Source: Amphiscolops sp. MND2022
Lineage: Eukaryota
Assembly (NCBI GenBank): GCA_964187785.1
Contig: OZ076409.1
Location: 22,136,001-22,200,000 of the forward strand
Direction of reading: 5' to 3'
Length of the DNA: 64,000 nucleotides
Positions within the stretch are counted from its first letter, which is position 1, and every line of letters begins with the position of its first letter. Positions 1 to 13,090 of the stretch are shown one piece after another. The position numbers and the translations under genes were made by a program. Under the pieces are notes generated by a model. It was not told the DNA's origin and did no database searches. It was given only the letters and a program-made list of their open reading frames with translations.

Positions 1-2150
1 TTGATTCTCTTCTCCGAAACGATTGGTCGGCTACCCGCCTGCTCCACCTGGTCCGGGTTCTCGTGAATAATCTTCGCGATAACCCCTCTCACGAGTGGGT
101 CATAAAACGCGGGTGGATACTGATTGCGTTCCCAGATCACCTAAGCTTTCTCCAATCCTGTGTGAAAAGCCGCCACGTAGAACTGGCGTGGTGGATACGA
201 TGGACCATGCCTGCCACGGTGTTGCGCTTAAATCTCGTCGGCGCGGAAGCGTGATACGACAGACACAATCCTGTGTCAGTTGGTTTCGTATACCAATCAG
301 AGTGTAGGCGCTGGTCAGATCTCGTGAGCAACATATCCAGAAACGGGATCGAACCTCCATCCTCGGTTTTCAATGAACTCCAAATTGGGATGAAGTGCGT
401 TCACTCTGGCCAAAATGCCGTCTACGTCATGTTTCATGCTCCACAAGATGTCATCCATATAACGGTGAAATATCTTGGCACGGGGTTCCCGGTGTCCAGC
501 CGTTGCTCTTGTGCATCCGCAGTGCCATGACCCAACGGCTACTCTTCTTATCTGCTGTACGCTCATGTCAAGGCATGCCCTGTGGTACCAGAAGGCACAA
601 CGATTACACTATATCGAATATCCCCGTCTCGTTACACGACTTCCGCATTTTCCACATGGGTCTCTGTCAGCTGCAGTAACCGGGCTCTGCCATGTGGTGA
701 CGGTGTCCACGATCTCCTCGCTTCCACCACCTAGAAACGGTTCAAACTTGAGCCAGATGTTCGCCAAGAAAACAGCCAACTTAGATCCCATGGCCAGACC
801 ATCTCTCTTATCTCTCTGGTATCAATTATGACCAACCTGGAGACATACATCTTTGACGGCTAGTTTCATCAACTCTACAGAGGTCTCCTTGCTAAAATCA
901 AGAACGCTGGTCTCCACCAATTCTCCGGCTAGTGCAATCGACTCATCAACCGGGACGTTGGTATAGAGACTCTTGACGTCAAGGGAAATCATTACTTCAT
1001 CTCGATCCAACTCAGCCGCCGCAATGCTATTCCGTACCTTTTCAGTAGAGGTCTCTAAACCCGCCCCTACTACCTGGTCGAACAGCTTGGCAAGCTCATT
1101 TGTCAGGTTCTCATAGCAGCTACCTGGCAAGGAGAGGACGGGGCGAAGAGGAACATCCTTTTTATGGACCTTCGCCAATCCGTAAAGTCGCGCCGGCTGG
1201 GCTCCGCAGCTCCGGGAGCGTTCATAGAAAGACTGGCTGATCTTACCAGCCTTGAAGAGCCTCATTAGCTTCCTGTTGAACCTGGTCTCTTCGTCAATTA
1301 CGAAGCAGTCGGGCTTCTGAATGTCCATTTGCTGAACTGAGGAGCGTCCATTTCTGCCTCAAGCTTGCCCCAGTACACCTGCTCAGACATCAGGCAAAAA
1401 AACCCAACCCCTTGTCAAAGGGGACCGCCTTGATACCACTCTTCTTCAGGAAAATGCTCACCTTGCCCAGTGTCCTGTCGACAGTAAAAGAGTTTGTCTG
1501 CTTCCTATACCACACCGCCGCAGCATTGAGCTCATTCAACAGCTCAGGTTCCGACCGCTGCATGTCCTTTAGACATCGATCCATGTCAGCCATGAACGAA
1601 AATCCATCGAATTTGCTCCATACCGGATGTCTTGGCCCCATCGATAGGAAGTCTCTGACGAAGCTTGGTATCTGTAAATCCCCCAACACGCGGACATTAT
1701 TTCCAGTGGTCAAAAGCGGTTTTTCCTGCTCATTAGACAACGCATGCAGCTTCTTGGAATGGCGCTCTCTGATGTCCCTCTTGTGCCGACGCAATTCCAA
1801 GCGCGTGTAAAGTGAGACTGAAGGCAATAGACCAGTGGGACACATGCTGGACAGGGCGTCGCGTGCCTCCGGTAAGTCTTTCTCGTGCTCGCGGACCGTA
1901 CCTCTTGCCGCAGCAATCTCTTTCCGCAGATGTCGTTTTTGGAAATTTCTCACTATCGTTATTTCGAAGCAACCATTGTCGGGCACCCTGAATCTCAGAA
2001 ATCGCGGAATAAGATCATTCCTCGCACAACTCTTCAGGAAAACAACTCTCGGCTGATAACTTCAAGATCCTTCTGACATAGGCGATATAGAAGACCTCCC
2101 CGCCAATATTATGCAAGCTTTTTTCAAAAGACGATAAGGCAGCAACGTTG
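1..2150 (-). pseudogene. PLE reverse transcriptase ORF (frameshifts and stops) with an in-frame PHD finger between RT motif B' and YMDD
   Basis: ORFs 1390-1986, 822-1328, 609-791, 315-566, 137-373. 609-791 and 315-566 share a frame across one TAG: CGKC-x10-CNRC-x4-H-x2-C...WHCGC then RYMDD. Confidence 0.85.
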
Positions 2151-2188
2151 ATATGTTTGATATTGGAAAAACGCGATCAATGTTTAAG

Positions 2189-2240
2189 AATGTCTTGAAA
2201 ACGTTTTCGGCTACAAGCCATCATCAGTCTAAAAATACTC
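2189..2240 (-). ncRNA. Minimal hammerhead-ribozyme-like motif associated with the PLE
   Basis: Minus strand: CTGATGA-t-ggct-tgt-agcc-GAAA followed by palindromic stem III (GAAAACGTTTTC). Stem I pairing is poor. Such motifs are established in PLE pseudo-LTRs. Confidence 0.55.
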
Positions 2241-2355
2241 CAATACATTTATAAAAACTCAACGCTACAAATTTACAAAACTTAACAAAAGTATACAAAA
2301 GACGTCAGGTTAAATTTAATATGTAGGTGGAAGACCACGACAAAACATTTTGTGT

Positions 2356-2790
2356 CTAGAGTTTCACCATTAGCGGCCGCTGCACGTACTCATCCCTGCT
2401 GTTGATGGTTGGGTTCAGCGATTGAATGTATAAGGCCTCCAAGGTTAAAAGTTTCGACAGACAAGGGCACTTGTGGAGGATTGTTATTTCCGGTTGATTC
2501 CCAGCACAGGATAGAAGGTGTGAACCGACAGGTGCTGAGTCCTTCAGGTGTTCTGTCACTCGTGTTTTGACATGTCGGCTTGTCTGGCCGACGTAGCAAG
2601 CCGCGCAGCTCGTACATGTGATTTTATATACAACACGACTACAGTAATCCTTCGAGACTTTGGTCTTGAGAGAGGGAAGGGCTGACTTCATCTTACAGGT
2701 TGTGAAGATGATATTTATGTCCTGTGAGATGTTCTTAACTTTCTTCGACATCTTGTCCGACACTTTGCCTCTGCATTGTAAAAATGGCGA
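2356..2790 (-). pseudogene. PLE GIY-YIG endonuclease (C-terminal part of PLE ORF)
   Basis: VVYKITCTSCAACYVGQTSRHVKTRVTEH...EALYI...PTIN matches the PLE GIY-YIG/CCHH pattern. Confidence 0.9.
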
Positions 2791-3178
2791 CTTTTGATAT
2801 GTAGGTGGAAGACCACGACAAAACATTTTGTGGCCGAAGAGGTATTCTTGGGAAACTTTTGGCTCCGAATAAAATTACTTTCAAGGAAGAAACTTTTAAA
2901 AGCCCCAAGTTTCTGTTCTGAAAGTTTTCTGTTCGGCTAGTCACCTATGCCCTATGTTGCAACCCGCCTGGATCATATTTTGCCCGACGACCGATAATAG
3001 GGGCCCGCAATTAATAATTGGCATTTACATTCTCTAAAATTTCGAAAATCAATAATTTGTTAATTGGATACCCCGCCAATTAATAATTGCCAATAATTGG
3101 AGAAGAAAAAGTGATGCTTCAAACATTGAATTTTACCTTACTTATAAGGACATCACTCTGAAGCATTAACCAAATGAT

Positions 3179-4660
3179 TCACGAGCGCTGAGTCCCAATG
3201 TCTTTTGTTGTACATGAGGAAGATCTTGTGCTCCAAACGTACGGGCAGGATGTTTTCTGCAGATCGTCGTATGCAAACCCCGCAGGGTTGAACAGTCGTT
3301 CCATATGATTGGATGTAAGCATGAGAAAGCTACAGTCAACGTATTTCTCGGTCTTCACATCGAGTCGTTGTTTCTTCAAAACTTCTGTAGCAAAATCAAT
3401 CAGCGTTTCATACTCTTGACCGAGTTCTACCGCGTCGATATCAGCACATTTTCTCAATTGTTTCACAGCCAAGGCTTCTGATACACTCAAAGACAACTCT
3501 GCGCCATTTGTAATTTTGACGATGCCATGTTCAAAATCTTTGTTCTTCGTGATAGTACTATTCATATGAACGTACTTCTTACGGGCATCGAAGCCGTTAT
3601 CCATGGACTTTATCAATTCATCCAGTAAAAGGCGCACAGTTCCCATATCCATGTCATTTTTCTGCAAAGCTAGGGTTACAGACTTGACAGGTTTCAGCAA
3701 TTCACAGAGCTCCGTGACACGCGCATCCTCGGCTGGAGCAAGCATGAAGCTGAATATGGTTACCCTTTTCTATGGCTACCCTAGGCGTTTTTTCTAGATG
3801 TTGTTAAATTCGGATATATCATTCCAGCATATCCATAACTGACATCCAGCGGTGGTATTTTTAATGACAGGTCTGAGCTCGGTGTACTTTTTCAGCTCAC
3901 CGGAATTCTTCGGCGACTTGTGTTTGACCATCAATAGATGGACTTTATTGACTAGGTCATCATCACTCTTCAAAAACTTTCACTGCCAAAGCTAGTCGAT
4001 GCGAATGACATTCAAGAGGTACATTGCAAAGCTCTCTCAGGCAGTTGTTTTATTTGCAGTTGTCCGCGATGAGAGCAACGACGTTGTCGACGGTCTTGTA
4101 TTGTTCAAGTGTAAAGCATAGCAACTCAAATTCCACCTGAGCGGCCTGGTTTGTCTCATCTACAATTGGTTAGAAAGCCAGCAACGAAATTTTGTATCGG
4201 TTATTTCCAGCGCTCGGAAATGAAGCCATGATTCCGATAAAATGGACGCAAGCCTCTGTCCATCCATCAAAGATAATCGCGAACTTTTCAGACAGTTCTG
4301 GCGTTATTTCTCGCTCCACACCATTGGAAACCAAATGCACATATTTTTCCAGCGTATTCACCGATATATTGCCCAGCTTCGGATACTTCTGAGTGTACTC
4401 ACTCTCAACAAAGGCAAAGGGCTTCAATTCTAGGCAGACCCACTCAGGCCATCTATAAAGAGTCTCACTTTTCTTGCTGTTCATGAATTGTAGAATTGCG
4501 GTGTTGCAATTGTACAATTCTCCTGACCATGCTGACTTCGATTGTGCTGTATCAAATTCGACCATCCCGTGCCATCCTTTCTGTTTGTAGACAATTGTAG
4601 ACATCGTTGTCGACGTAGGTGAAGAACTTCTTTTTGGGGTGTAACAGCGTGCTTACTCAT
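3179..4660 (-). pseudogene. hAT-like transposase, fragmented
   Basis: BED-finger-like GTGWSNLIQH..H, catalytic-D motif FAIIFDGWT, C-terminal TSNHMERLF; split over several frames. Confidence 0.8.
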
Positions 4661-4670
4661 TTCAAACCTG

Positions 4671-5204
4671 AACAAGCCGGGAACGGCCCAAGTCGGCGCC
4701 TTATCTAAGGCTCAAAAATAGCAAAAGGATTTCAAAGTGTCAAGTATTCTCTTCTACAGAACCTCGTGAGGAAAAAATTTCCGATTTTTTTGATTTTTTT
4801 TGAAATTTTTCTGGTCTCCGGTAAGTCGCATAGTGCCGAAAAATGTAAATGGGGGGCCTTTGGGAGTTTTTGATTACCATTCTTTTGCAAAATAGAAAAA
4901 AAATGAAGGGGGACCCTATGAAGAGAATAAAAAAATTTGCGGAAAAAAGTCTCACAAAGTGGAAAAAACCTGCTCAAAAAGTTTTTGGTCATGGGCGGGA
5001 CTCGAACCCACGTCCTGCTTGGCAGACCTCAAAAAAGCCTAATTAACCTCTATGCCAAGTGCCAGTAGTCTCTATGCAGTTAGTGGAAGCCAGCTTATGA
5101 TATCTGTCACTTCGTTGGTCTTGAAAGAAAGGAAAGTCAAAGGAAATGCATTGACTTTAGTCTGCTATAGTCTGCGTTTTTCGACGAAAAGCGCTGACTA
5201 AAAA
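4671..5204 (-). mobile_element. Helentron-type non-autonomous repeat (HINE/DINE-like), copy 1, nested in the hAT element
   Basis: On the minus strand: TTTT start, subterminal IR agtcggcgc/gcgc(c/t)gact, 3' hairpin GCCG-ttcc-CGGC, CTTGTT end. Homologous to 9848-10694 and 13091-13624. Confidence 0.7.
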
Positions 5205-6311
5205 CCATCTTTTCTAATTATTGGTAGAGAGATTTGCAATTAATTGGAAAATGGAAAGAAGCCAATGCAATTAATTGACCAATTATAATTGCAATGATTG
5301 AAACCCCAATTAATAATTGCGGGTCAGTGATCGATATATGTTGTGATACGCTGATATCTATTTCATTTTAAAAAACTTTTGCCGATCTTACCATATTTTG
5401 ATGGGGCTGTCATTGACTTTTCATGTTTTCAGAACATACGCAATTCCAGTCCCTTGTAAAGATAATAACCTAAAATTTTTCGGATGTAACGTCAGTTTCT
5501 GAAAGTACTGCCTTTAAATGTTTATCAGGTACCCCTTATATTTTGTTTCTGAATATTCCCTTTTCGATCTATTCGGTACTCTGTTATTTGAAAGACTATG
5601 GGTTTTGTTTCGAGAATTGAATTTTAAGTAATACTTCCTCAGTTCAAAAATTATATACTCGGAAATTTTTGGAATTTTGACAGCTGCAGAAAAATTGCTG
5701 AGCCCCCGATTTTGCTTATGAGGTCAATTCTGTTCGAATTTGTTCGACTTTTTCGGTCGGTGCTATTTGATATATAGACCGATTTCCTTTTGTCTAATAG
5801 CATTTGAGTGAATAATTTGTTTAGGATGTTCTTACAAGTTGGGAATATGCGCTTTATGCGGTAAGAAGATACTGGACACATCAAACTACAAACAAACATC
5901 AGTTTAGTATGTGTGGGGACAGTCATATACTCTATGGGGGCACTCTACGTTGCCATCGACGTTAGATTCGTTTCTTGTCATGATGAACAGATGCGGAATG
6001 GAAAGCAGAAGAAGAAAGGTGTGGATATCCGAAGTATTGAAATATTGTTGGTTTTCTCTTACGAAGATTACTGTGACGTGAAATGTTTGAACATCTAAAA
6101 ACTCAATTGAACTATCCAATGTAGCTTGAAATCTAGTTTTTGATAATTCACCAGTTTTCTTTCTGAGTTCACCCGAGAGTTACCTCTAGAATTGGCAGAG
6201 TTTTTGCTAGAAATTGGAATGACCATCACTTTTTCCATGATGGTAAAAAAACTCCATTTTCCAAATGCGTTTGAGAAATTGATAATACAATGCTAATATT
6301 ATCTACGAATA

Positions 6312-7059
6312 CAGTCCTGTGATGAAAGAATGGAACCCCTTATTGATAATAATGTTTGGAACACCTAATTTTTCAGCCCCCCATATCTCGGAAACTATTG
6401 GTATTCAAAAGAAATGCCTTTGATAAAAGTTTTTCAGAATTTATTCTAGTTTACATCCGTGTTTGTTTGAAACTTTTATGACAAATATTGGGGAAATTAG
6501 TTTTCAATGCCTCTCTATGTAAACCAAGTTTTAAATTTTTGTCTAATTTACAAACATTTTTGATTAGTTTTTGTTCATTAACCGGTTCATCACTGTCCAC
6601 TGATTGCACTGTCAAACTTTGAGGCACTCCGTATTTACATGTCCAAAGAAAATCGATAATCTCCACTGAATTAATTCCGGTACATGTATTAAGATTGGGT
6701 ATAGATTTAAGACTTATAAATTTGTGATATTCTTTTTACATGTACACTGAGTGTACTCAGTGAATGATGGGCACCTTGAACAGCATGAAAAAGTAAATAG
6801 TTACCACATTCTGCTCCTAATTTAGACTCTGCAACTGAATTTCCAAAATTGCTTATGTAAAAAATATCATTTTCAAACTTGTCTCATATTTGTTTTAAAA
6901 CTTTCAAACTTAGATAAATGTAAACTAGACAAAAATCCAAGAAACTTTCGTTTCTATCATATTTTGGAAAATTTGTCAGTTTTTGAGAAATTTGCAAAAC
7001 CATTAGGCGTTCCAAACTTATTTACCAAACAGGGGTTCCATTCTTTTATCACAGGACTG
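6312..7059. mobile_element. Tc1/mariner-type MITE
   Basis: 29-bp TIRs cagtcctgtgatgaaagaatggaacccct / aggggttccattcttttatcacaggactg (1 mismatch), TA on both sides. Confidence 0.85.
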
Positions 7060-7122
7060 TAAGTTAGTTTCTTCTTCGTGATGTTAGAGGTTATTCTCCT
7101 GTCCATCATTTTAGAGCGTCAT

Positions 7123-9105
7123 ATGTCCTCTTTTTCTGACTTCCAAGTCCCAAACTGGCTTGTTCAACAGTGTGCGTCACTTGGGATCAAGCATCCAACG
7201 GATGTGCAAAAAGCCTGTATTCCTCCCACAATTGCTGGACGCGATGTCTTAGGCTGTGCAAAAACGGGAAGTGGTAAAACAGCAGCTTTCGTAGTGCCAA
7301 TTTTGACGCAACTCAGTAAAGATCCTTATGGAATATTCGCCTTGATTCTGTCTCCAACTCGTGAACTGGCATGTCAAATAGTTGATCAAGTCAAGGTTCT
7401 TGGGAAACCCATGAATGTTAGAGTCGCTCTGGTTTCTGGTGGCCTAGACAGATCTGATCAGTCGCGAGAACTGGCCAAGAAGCCCCATGTTGTCGTTGCA
7501 ACTCCAGGACGTTTGGCAGACTTTCTTGAGTTTGACGAAAGTGTGTCCATCTCTAAAATAAAGTATCTGGTTTTTGACGAAGCTGACCGACTTTTTGACA
7601 ATTCCATGGCCAGTTCCATATCAACTATCATGTCTCGCGCTCCAAAGGAGAGACAGACTTTGTTATACAGTGCTACGTTGACGCCTGTGATAGAAAAGGT
7701 TTTGAGGTTGGCAAAAAACGAGCCATTTCAGTGGTCCAGTGAAGACAGTGTAGCCACAGTTGCAACTCTCAGTCAGAAAATGATCCTAGTCCCGCCCACC
7801 GCGAAAGACACTTATTTAGTTTACCTGATCAAAACAGAGCTGGAAAGGAAACCTGACAGCCAGATCATTGTTTTTACATCTTCTTGCAAACACTGCCAGT
7901 CTATGAGTATCTTTCTGAAACAAGTTGGTTGTTCAAACGTGTCTCTCAATTCTGCATTGAAACAGAAAATTCGGTTGTCCAGCATATCCAGGTTCAAGTC
8001 CGGCTATGCCAGAATTTTGGTCACCACTGACGTAGGCAGTCGTGGTTTGGACATTCCTGAGGTTGAACTTGTGCTCAATTTCAATATTCCCCCTGATCCT
8101 GACACTTACATCCATCGAGTGGGAAGAACGGCCAGAGCTGGGGATTCAGGAACCGCCATTTCATTAGGTAAGCCTGTGTTTTGTCCTGGATGAACAAAGA
8201 TTTATTCATCCTTCTTTCAACGGCATTCTTTCAATTACCTTGGTACTACCATATTGGTACAATAACTTTAGTTAGGGAGTATATTTATAACAGCACTGTA
8301 GTTGTTACATTAAAATCAAACTAGTTTAGTACGTGTATTAAACTAAGAATTAAACCGGCCCGTACTTTCAGTCGGCGTACTTTGTAACAAAATGCGCCCA
8401 ACTTAACGGTTTTTTCTCCAGGCCACGGAACTCACCCCGTATGGTCCACTTCTAACAGACTTCACGCTTAAAATATGAAGCCACACGTCATTGAAACAGA
8501 GCAAAAGTTCTGAAATTGAGTGGTCCAAAGCGAGTTTATCGCATAAAATTTTGAATTTGTTTATTTGCAAATAGTATTTCTACGGTAAAATTCGTGTTTG
8601 CTGCGAATTGAAGTTTAATCAAATAGATACAAAAATGAAGCAGTTGAACAGTTTTTACTGTTAGGTGCAATTTCGCAGCAACCTTGAGTAGCACTTAAAC
8701 GGAAATTCGAACTTGATTTGATGTAACATATGAATGCTGTTGAAAATCCAGAAAGTTGAAAAACATGTTCAATCAGTCATTATTGATGTGTTAGAAAAGC
8801 TACACAAAAATATCGAGTTAATTTCCAGCCTCCGTTGTTCTTGCGATTGGAAAGTTGTTTCATTTTCAGTAACCCCTAAAGACCAGGAGAAAATCCTGGA
8901 GATAGAAAAGAGAATTGGGAAAGAGTTGGAAGTGATGGAGGTCGACGAAAATGAACACATTCTTCCTCTCATGATGACAGTCAGTGTAGGCAAAAAACAG
9001 ATCGAGATGAATTTAGAAGACCAAGGCTTTTTTGACAGACACGAACAGTATGTGATGAAGAAGAAAAGGAAACTAGAAAGTTCGAATTGCTCCTCTATTT
9101 CATAA
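7123..9105 (+). CDS. DDX49: DEAD-box RNA helicase, DDX49/Dbp8-like; exons 7123-8167 and 8870-9105 (426 aa)
   Basis: Q motif, AKTGSGKT, PTRELA, TPGR, DEAD, SAT, RGLDIP, HRVGRTAR; LSKDPYGIFAL is typical of DDX49. Phase-1 GT-AG intron joins SL-V-TPKD in frame. Confidence 0.9.
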
Positions 9106-9847
9106 CTATTTGGAATTTTTGTCAAAGTTGAGAAATTGATTTTAAACCACGCATTTTTATTATTTCTGTGATAGTAGGAATATTAGTGAAATCTCAAGAA
9201 ATCAACTTTTTTCAGTAAAATTTTTGTCCTGATACTGAATAATTCAGATATTTTGTTCGGCAGTGAGTATAAGCGTGAGATTTAAATTTCTCAAGCTGCC
9301 GACAACAATTCGTTTCTCGTACCATTGAACTAGCGAGTGTTAATTATGCTTTCGTGCGCCGAGTTATTGAGATGAAGCGAACGAGTGTTAATTATTCACT
9401 CGCCGAGAGCTTCGCCTGCATTCAAATGCGAAAGCGAAATTTCATCTACGCTTAGTAGATATATATGCTTTAGTCCGAGATTTAAAGGCGGTATAAACTA
9501 GTACCTACTCTATACACTATTAATTGTGCGCTAAATAATGATTAAACACAGTGTATTGGTAATCCAGATATGATTATATTATTACTGAAAGATTAAAGCA
9601 GTAGTAGTGTGCCCCGGAGGGGGGCCTATTTTTTAGATGAAAGATTGTTTGAAAATATTTGCTAGAAGATCTTGAAAGTGATTCAAAAAGGACAATTTTC
9701 CATTGTGCTTGGCCAAAGTTAACTTTCAGGTTTCGTCTATGAAACAAAGTTTCAATTGGGTGAACCCCAATAGGTTCAGGCTTAAATTTAGGCTGTTGTT
9801 TTGAAATACGTTCTAACCCTGCATGGCCAAACCCAATGGAAATCTAG

Positions 9848-10694
9848 AACATGCCGGGACCGCCCCGAGTCGGCGCCATATCTAAGGCATAAAAATAGCA
9901 AAAGGACTTCAAAGTGTCAAAGTATTCTCATCTACACCACCGGATTTTTTTGAAGAAACTTACAATTCCAGAAAACTGAAAGGGGGGACACTTTTTCAAC
10001 ATTTTTCAACATTCATTCTGTTGCAAAACTCCAAAAAAATGGAGGGGGGCCCTAGGGAAAATTTGTTTTCCGGAAAAAGTCTCGCAATGCCGAAAAAACT
10101 GAAAAGGGGACCCTTTAGTCTCGTCCGGTATTGTATGTTTCGCAGGAAACCTTTTTGGTTCAATTCCTTGGGCCAACAGGTACAATTTGGCGTCTTCTTG
10201 AAATTTTGTAGAACTTTTGGTAGAGCTATTTTGGTCACTTCAGGTGTATCGAAAAACAAGAGCAGTCAATGAACAATCATTGCAGTCAAAAAAGTAATCA
10301 GTCACACACAATCAATAACAATGAAAACAACCCATTTTACCTGATAGGCTTCGGGCAGAAAAACAAAGAACGTACCTGAAAAAAAGAATTGGAAGCGAAG
10401 GAAATGTCAAAAATTGAAGGGGGAGCCTTTGTTGAAACAAAAAAAATTCAAAAAAAGTCGCATAGTGCCGAAAAAAGTGGGGCTAAGGGGGGAGTTGTCC
10501 TTAGTGTGTTTTCGAGGTTCTGGACGTGTTTTTGTTTTTTCTTTTGTTTTGGACGCGCCTTAGAGGTTCAAGTGTTTTGAACCTCCATAGTTCAAGTTGT
10601 TGAACAAATGAACAAAAATGTGGACCTTACGCGAGTAAAAACAACTACCCACTGTAAGAGCCGGGCACATTTTCTAAAATGCGCCGACTAAAAA
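9848..10694 (-). mobile_element. Helentron-type non-autonomous repeat, copy 2 (longer interior)
   Basis: Same termini (aacatgccggga...agtcggcgccatatctaagg; gcgccgactaaaa) as 4671-5204. Confidence 0.7.
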
Positions 10695-12080
10695 CAGCTC
10701 AACTCGAGAAGTTTTATTCATTCCAGGACAAAACGTCTGAAGTAGAAAGGCTCACTTCTGGAAGCTTCCAGGATTTTTCAGCAAATCGAAGTGGAAGCAA
10801 ATGAAATGATATTTTGTTTTTTCACTTGTAAAAAGACTGCAGACGTCTGATTTTTTGAAAATGAAATCAGTGGATTGCTATCAATGGCAGCATTTACGAA
10901 ATCTGGAAGCTTAGCTCTGCCTAATATGTAACAAGTCAAGATGACCTTGCACATAGCAGCCGTGACATAAAATTTTGCCAATGCTAACTCAGAGGGATTC
11001 AGACGCTTTAAAAATCATCGAAAAGCTCAAGTCACGTTTTGCGTTTAGAGGTTACTGATCCTCATTCTAATGAAACTTCGAAGTTTTTCAGTTAACCAGT
11101 TGACTTTGCCTAAAAATTTGCATGGGAAAGTTTTGATAATTTTTGTTCGGAAGAATTTCTCGACACTGTTTTTTAACCAACTTAGGAATTATTGATTAAT
11201 GGAACTCGACCTGATGGTTTTTTAACACCGGGTTTTCATTAGAAAGTAAAAATCAACTCAAGTTCTACATCTTCAACCCTCGTTCGAATCAACAGAATCA
11301 GCCGATAAAAATAGCATATTCAATATAAATCCGCAAATATAGATGTGGAGTGTTTGCCTCAATGATTATAACTACAGTATCTCTTGGATAGCTTTGTTCC
11401 AGGCAAAATCAAATCATACATTTCTGAAAGCAGTTACAGATGACCTGGTTAATGTGAAAAAAACTTTTGTTACAAATGTTTCAGAAAGAAGCGCAATGTT
11501 CCAGCTGCTTTCGTTTACCTCGGAAAACTATTTAATAGTTAAATGCTATATGCACGCTAAAACTTGGAATGCGTTGCAGAAAGTGCAAGTTGTACAGACT
11601 AGTTTTATCGACCAAAAATTGTGGTTCTCACGATTAACAGGAGTTTGGAAAATGTCTTCTTTGACAAGACCATGACAAGGAAAATCGCACAATTATAAAA
11701 ACGTGGTTTGAAGATGGCTTAGGAAAGTATCGGATTCAGATAATAAAATGCCTGTTAGCGTGAATAGTTGAACAATTCCACCACTCAGAAAACTCAAGTT
11801 GCAAACCTAACATATTCAACGAAAACATTGAAGGAATATTCAGCCTAGAACTCTTCATGGGAGAAAGTTCAATTTTCGCGTCAAAGTTTTAACTTCGTTC
11901 AAATTTCTGTGTTGAACGTCATGAAGTTCAGCGACGAAATTCTACTTACTATTCAGAGAAAGCATAATTTTCTACTTTTTGCACATGACGAAGTCAATGT
12001 GCATTGCAGTCCAGCTACGAAAGTTTTTTTTTCCACTATAGTCAACTTCATAATGAGCGCTTTTTAGAATAAAGCCAAAA

Positions 12081-12150
12081 CCCCAGAGAGATTCGAACCT
12101 GCAGCCTCCCGATTGCACGGCATAAGTGTTGACCACTGTGCCATGGGGAC
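12081..12150 (-). other. tRNA-derived sequence (SINE head or tRNA pseudogene)
   Basis: Minus strand has an A-box (TGGCACAGTGG), a B-box (GGTTCGAATC) and cccc/gggg acceptor-like pairing, but the anticodon stem is poor. Confidence 0.5.
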
Positions 12151-13090
12151 GTTATTGAACAATGTTGAACTGTTGAATATATACGCATGCGATAAAAATA
12201 ATATATATACGCATATTAAAATAATCGATGTCTTCGTCATGTGTTGCGAAGCACCGCTTCGCCTCTGTGTTGGAAAGTTGGAATCACCGGCAAAAGTCTG
12301 AAGACAGTTTTTGAGACTTTCGCATGTTCGGACGTACACAACATTTACTGAAGCAATAGACTCTTGGTATGTAGATTATCTGAAATATCTTATATCGGTA
12401 TCTCGGCAAAGTTTAAGAAATTTTGTTTGACAAAAAATTGCGACCTTTCTTTTGTCACCTTAATCTCTGAACACCATGTACAGTAAATTGTCTACCAATT
12501 GGATGACGTCATTCAATAGAAAACCAGAAGAGACGTTACACTGATTGCTTTCAGGTGAAGAAGAAAAACATGAAATACTCAGGAAATTCGTTAATTTCTT
12601 CGTACAAAAACCATGTCATTTTTTTCTGAGTGAAATGGTTGGGAATGAAAATCTCAGAGAATGAATTGATTACGAGGGCGAAACGAAACCATTTGTCGTA
12701 ACAAAGGACTAATCTGACTGCATTTTAACATGCTTTTCAAGATGAAATACCAATCAAACACTCAGGTGATGATTGAATCAAATTCAAAAATGAACGGGAT
12801 CGTGTAGGCATAACAACCACGTATTCTCATTACCTGAACCATTTGAAAGCATACAATAATTAATTCGATTAGAACGTTTATTGCAAGTAATGACTGCAAT
12901 CAAGTTTAAAACATTTTTTCATCATTGAAAAAAAACGAAACTTCAACTAAAAGCATACCGTAACAGCAATCTATTGCTTACACATAAAATCAATCGCGAA
13001 ATGATTTTGGTTATTAGAAATCACACCACTTCTCACCCGTCAAAAATACTTTCACTTCACTAATGGAAAACAACAGTCGATTCAAGTAAA

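Larger units (their letters stand above)
1..2832 (-). mobile_element. Decayed Penelope-like retroelement (PLE); RT copy preceded by a 3'-end/GIY-YIG segment (pseudo-LTR / partial tandem); runs off the window start
   Basis: Minus-strand ORF pieces carry PLE RT motifs (ARLYGLAKVHKKDVPLRP, SLDVKSLYTNVP, MGSKLAVFLANI, YMDD, IPFLD, WYTKPT). A GIY-YIG ORF lies upstream on the same strand. Confidence 0.9.
2998..5329 (-). mobile_element. Decayed hAT-superfamily DNA transposon
   Basis: Imperfect TIRs taggggcccgcaattaataattgg (2998-3021) / ccaattaataattgcgggtcagtg (5306-5329); candidate 8-bp TSD accgataa/atcgatat (6/8); transposase remnants inside. Confidence 0.75.

Noticed and set aside
4990..5012. 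tRNA gene
   Set aside because: Only a B-box-like fragment inside a repeat; no cloverleaf.
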